NCBI GenBank assembly: GCA_001662655.1
Contig: KV460214.1
Source: Pseudogymnoascus verrucosus
Lineage: Eukaryota
Length of the DNA: 64,000 nucleotides
Direction: 5' to 3' (one strand)
Shown here: positions 59,107-64,000 of the stretch, piece by piece
Numbering within the stretch: position 1 is the stretch's first letter
Layout of the letters: each line of letters opens with the position of its first letter
Translations under genes and position numbers: made by a program
Notes under the pieces: model-generated
The model's input: only the letters and a program-made list of their open reading frames with translations
What the model was told of the DNA's origin: nothing
Database searches by the model: none

Positions 59107-62100
59107 GGCGGAGGGCCGAGGTAGGTGGGCGTCGGGAACGGGGGGAGGTTGGAGCTGAAGCTAGGTTTAAGGTGGTGAGAGTAGAGGTGGTGATAGATCG
59201 GATGTGTTGTTAGAATCCGTGGTGGGCAATTGAGGTAGTTTCGAGGTTGGGGTGAATATGTTGAAGATGATGATGTCCAGGTGCGCAAGATGGAATTACT
59301 GGGATGAGGGTGCAATTTGGTAACGTGACAACCAGAGGAGGGGGGGTGTGGTGGGTATGGTAGATGGTAGTTTTAGGTATTGGTTAGGATGGAAAGAGTA
59401 GTAGAAAGGGTAGGTAGAGGTGGGTGGTTTGGTGTTTTGGTGGTGGTTGGGGTGTGGTGGGTTTTCTGGATTTGGGTGGGTTGTGGTAGGTGGAGGTGGT
59501 GGTGGTTGTGATGGTGGTGATGGTGGTGATGGATAGTACTTTTTGTAGGGTGATGGTGGGTTTTGGAGGTTTGTTGCTGTGGTGGTGGTTGTGGTGGTGG
59601 TTCTGGTGATTTTGTGGTAGTGGAGATGGTTTTGAAAGAACGGGAGGGATGTGTTGGTAGTATGGTGGGTATCGCAGGTCGACTATTCCTCACTAAACCC
59701 GCTCTGGTTGGTGGGAGTTGAGACAGGCGCAAGGCTTAGTTGGGACTGTATTTGTTGGTACAAGGAAGGTACTTGGTAGTGCAAGTACTCGTACTGTATT
59801 GTACAGTCAGGCAGAGAGAGAAAGTACTTTGGGTTCAAAGTAAGCAGCGTTGGTGGAGATAGTAAGGCAGAGAGTATGGAAGTATGAGGGTATGAGGGTA
59901 TCGGAATATCAGATTTTAAGCTGATAGAAATCGGGTGTGTATAGACGAGTGAGTGAGTGAATGAGTGAGTGAGCTGTGGCAGAGGGGGAAAAAGGTCCTT
60001 AGTTCCGTCGTAGTGGTGGTGAAGGGAAGTGAGTGAGTGGCTGTGGTTAGTCCGAACGAGCAGAGCCGTAGCGTATGTATGGTATGTAGTAGAGTATCGT
60101 ACGCAGAGTGGTCTCGGGGGGGTTTTGCTGGGAATCGGGCTTCGGTTATTGTTGTATGTATGGGTTATGGGTTTGGTGGGTTAGGCTGGATGGAGGTGGG
60201 TATGGGTAAGGTAAGGGTAAAGGTATACTCTTAGGTGTATGTGAATGTCTATGTGTATACCCTAGGTTGTAAGAGTAGCGAGAGTAGTGGGTGTAGTGGA
60301 GGATTATAGTCAACTGTAGTGCAGAGTAGTGCAGATGTGTAAATTATTTGAGGGGAAAGAAGGAGAGAGGGATGATATGGAGGAAGGGGATAGGCTGGGG
60401 TATGTTGGGATGAATTGACGGGCGGGGGGACGACGGAGCGAGATCGATTATTTGGGTGAGTGTGGAGAGGTATTTATTTTTTGGAGCACCATTGGAGCAT
60501 TGGAGCAAAATGGAACCCGTAAAACCGTATATTGAAGGTTAGGTACTGGTGCGTGTTGCTGTCGGTTTCGGGTGAGAAGGAGGGGGGGGAATGAGAAAGG
60601 GCAGAAAGGGAGAAAGGAGAATAGGTGAAGGTTTGCTGTGCTGGGCGTGCAATAGACTGACGACTATACGATACTATGCCAGTAGACTGACTATACGACC
60701 ATACTATACGATACTACTTCTCTTCTCTTTCGTAGGTGGAGGTAAGTGGATGAAGGGATTGGTGAAGTCAGGAAGGTTAAGGTGACGATCAGTTTTGAAT
60801 AGTGGGAACAATTATGGTAAAGCAGTGAGTGCAGTGGGATATGCCTCCGTCAGGTACCTCTGCTGCGGCAATGCAGTACAAAGAGTACGTGGAATGAACA
60901 TACATACCAACAGATCACACACCAGCACAGCAACAGTACACTCATTGTACACCTCACAACAAGGTGCAGTTGCAGTAAATATCCACCTCACACGGCACAC
61001 AAATATTTAGTAGTAGTGTTAGTTAGGAGGAGTGTACACCAAACACACACATGTACACCTCACAAGCACACACAGACAGAAACCGAAAAACAATTGGGGG
61101 GAGGAGATTTGGGGGGAGGGGATTCCCACACATTCCCACGAGAGTGGGAAAAAGAGAGAGTGGGGATGGGACAAAAAAGAGGGGGAGGGGAAGAGAGGAG
61201 AAGAGGGGATGATGGACACCACACGCAGCAGCACTGTACTCCAAGTGGTGCGTGTACTGCTCTGGGTGGTGAAGAGTGGTAAAGGGTGGGTGGCAGGTGG
61301 ATGGCAAAAGGTGGGCCAGGAAGAAAGCTGGGATGCTCACGCGCTCCCTTTTTTCAAAACGAAAGTGAAGCGCTTGCTCGTCTGGTACAGTAACAACAGT
61401 AACAACAGTAGCCGTACTGCTGTATGCCTGCCTTGCCCTTGCCTTTCTTTGCCTGACTCCAGCGAGCGGCGGCGCGAAGCTACGGGGTACTGGCTGGGAG
61501 AAACAGTCCTGGGCATACGAACGCCTGTTGCGATTACAGGATTGGAGTCTGCCCATCATGCCCTGTGGTCGGATTTAACGTTGGCGATGACGAGTGGAAG
61601 GGCCGGTGGCGAGCCTGTAGGAGGCCGGCGTGAGTGCTGACTTGCATGCCATGGACGTGCCACTGCATGGATGCGCATTTATATATATATCTCACGGCCT
61701 GACAATCAAATGTCGCGGCGGTACAGTGGACCAGTAAGGCAGTAGAGTATCATAATCATAGATGAGGGAGACACACACACATGCATACAGGAAGTATGCC
61801 TGAATGATGCCTCAGATATGCAAATGTTGCGGCTGCACTCAGCATATGTTGTCTCTGTTGGCTCCTGTACAACTACATACACCACATTCACACACACAAC
61901 AATTCCTTGCACTTCGTCTGACCAAGTGGAGCAGAGACGCACGTAGAGGGTACCATACCACTCATCCGGGACGGATGCAGAAAAGGCACAAACACACCAA
62001 CACCAGCCAGACAGCGAGGCCGACCACCCCGGCTGAGCGACTCCGACTCTTGCCTTCGCTTTCCCCTGCTCCAACAACCGACGGGGGGGAAGTTTGGGAG

Positions 62101-64000
62101 GGTCGGAGGGGGCGGGACACAGCTCGAACCTTGGCCGCCCGCCCAGAGGTACAAGAACAGTACTCCCCATCCCGTACACAGCTCCAACTCCACCGCGCCA
62201 GCGAATGGAGATGGCTGGCAAGCAAAGTGGGGCCAAGGAAGGCAAGCTTGCCTGGGATGGCGCTGAGCAGGAGGTGACCCCAGCGATCGTCTGAGCATCT
62301 TAGTGTGGCGGCGTAAAAATGGACAGGGTTGGATGACAGCTCCTCTGTAATATTAGTAGCTTGGTCCTGGTGCGGAAAATGCTCGTAATCAGCATCACAG
62401 GTCTTGGTGTTGGAGGGAGGCAGGGACGAAGGGGAGCTGGGCGGCGGCTTCGGATAATTGTTGTTCGGCGCTGTGCCATGTGTATGCGTGTGCCTATGAT
62501 GCAGGTTGTACTACGGTGGTTTGGTACTGTACGTGCACCAACTGAAGCTACGGCGCTCCTTCCCTCCCGCCTTGAGAGAGCCCTTTTCAGGGTGCGCCGG
62601 AAGGGGTCCCATCACCCATCAAAACCTCCATCCACCCCCCTCGCAAAAACCCCCCAGTGACTCCAACAACTGACCTACAAAGCCTGGTGCGAATCAAGGG
62701 CTGGAAAAGGGTATCGCGGGATCGGGGGCGAGGTTGAAAGAGGGTTGCGCGCCTGGCCCTTCCCGATTGGCACCCAGCTGATCTGGAATCTCGCTCGCTC
62801 GCTCGCTCGCCACAATGGGACGCCGCAGGATCTGTAGGAGTGATTACGTCCCGGCGCGGGATTAATGGCCTGGGCCAGCGCCGGCCATGCGCCTCTTGTG
62901 TCACCCCACTGCTGCAGGACATGATGCACCAGCTCTGTTTGCTTGTTCCTCTTCCTGGTCCTTCCTGGGGGCTTTTGGTCACTTAGCGTGGAGAAGGGGC
63001 GTCATAGCTGTGTTTGTTGGAATGTGGGTTACTTGTTGTAGTTATTTTTAACGTTCGTTTGTCCTACGGAAACCCGGGAGTGGAGGGACACTTGGACGTT
63101 TAACGTTGACTTGTCAGATTGAGTGGAATGGCCGCCGACCAGGCGGCCAGGCAGAGCTATTCGCCCTGTAGCTCGAGGAATCGGGCAAAGCGTCAGTGGC
63201 GCCAATGGGTGGATGGCGCTATGTCTTGCGCCTATTCAGAGAAAAAATAGGTTTGGTCATGGGACGGCTGACACGAGTTGAGACTTCTTCATTCACGCCC
63301 TTATTATGGTTCCATCCAGGGCCCGTGAGACAAAGACTCAGCGGAGGGTCAGTTGTCTCAGTAAACGAGAGACGGTCTCTTGCTAGCCATGTCTTGCCTT
63401 GAGCGCGGAATCCAGTAGAATCGCACGACGTCGAAAATCGAAAAAGAGTGTGCCTGGCAAGCTCACCTTCCACAGCTCTGGTTGGAGTTCTTCGATCGCG
63501 CGTGCATGCAGACGTTGGTAGCCTTGCATCCAACAGGCCACTCGATTCGACAACGATGAGCTCTGCATCCAACAGTTTTTCCAACAGCTCCAAACTGTCA
63601 AGCCCAAGCCCAAGCCCCCCCATCCCACCCAAGCCCCATCACGTCCCATCACATCCCATCCAGACACGGCTAAACCCTTTGCATATGGCTCAGAGGAGCA
63701 ATGCCATGTGTTCCCAATAACGTCGCGACATTCCTGTGCGATGGGCCGCGGACGGTGGTCTGCCCAAGCGACAGGGGCGCCGGGCCCGCACACAGCGTCA
63801 TTGATCGGCAGCGATGGAACCCCTACGGTGGGATTGTCGAGAAGATGGCTGGTCAACAGCTAATCAGCTCCCTCGTTTCTGAGGCTCCCCCTTGCGACTA
63901 GGACGGAATTGATGTCCAAGGTCGGTTTTTGATCCTGGACAATCAATGCCAAGTCGGACATTGGAGCAAACCAGCGGTCCGTGTTTACGAAGCCGGGTCG

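Noticed and set aside
59373..63901. ORFs upstream of GSK-3
   Set aside because: Low-complexity or overlapping ORFs on both strands with no family signature.

Overview
Eukaryotic, intron-rich DNA from a filamentous ascomycete. Gene content and the C-rich/G-rich low-complexity spacers suggest a Leotiomycete such as Pseudogymnoascus (inference, not verified). I can support about 21 protein-coding genes. Three are absent from the ORF track: a PH/LRR protein running off the left edge, five-exon TOM7, and a small Cys-rich secreted peptide. Conserved housekeeping and signalling genes (CDC34-like E2, Cut12, UreF, PAN5, KSP1, UTR4, FLX1, TOM7, HSH49, AZF1, URM1, GSK-3) surround two accessory patches. 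The first (8-11 kb) holds a Mid2-like surface protein and a tandem pair of IFI6/IFI27-like genes. The second (25-39 kb) holds a Zn2Cys6 regulator, a divergently transcribed 8-Cys helical-hairpin-like peptide precursor, a nucleotide-sugar-transporter/GT32 fusion gene, a SesB-NB-ARC-TPR NLR and a JlbA/IDI-4-type bZIP that seems to lack an N-terminal in-frame AUG. The best candidate for an undescribed system is the regulator + peptide + transporter-glycosyltransferase trio, a possible fungal glycopeptide (glycocin-like) cluster. That idea rests on adjacency and motifs only. All family calls come from motif recognition by eye; no database searches were run.
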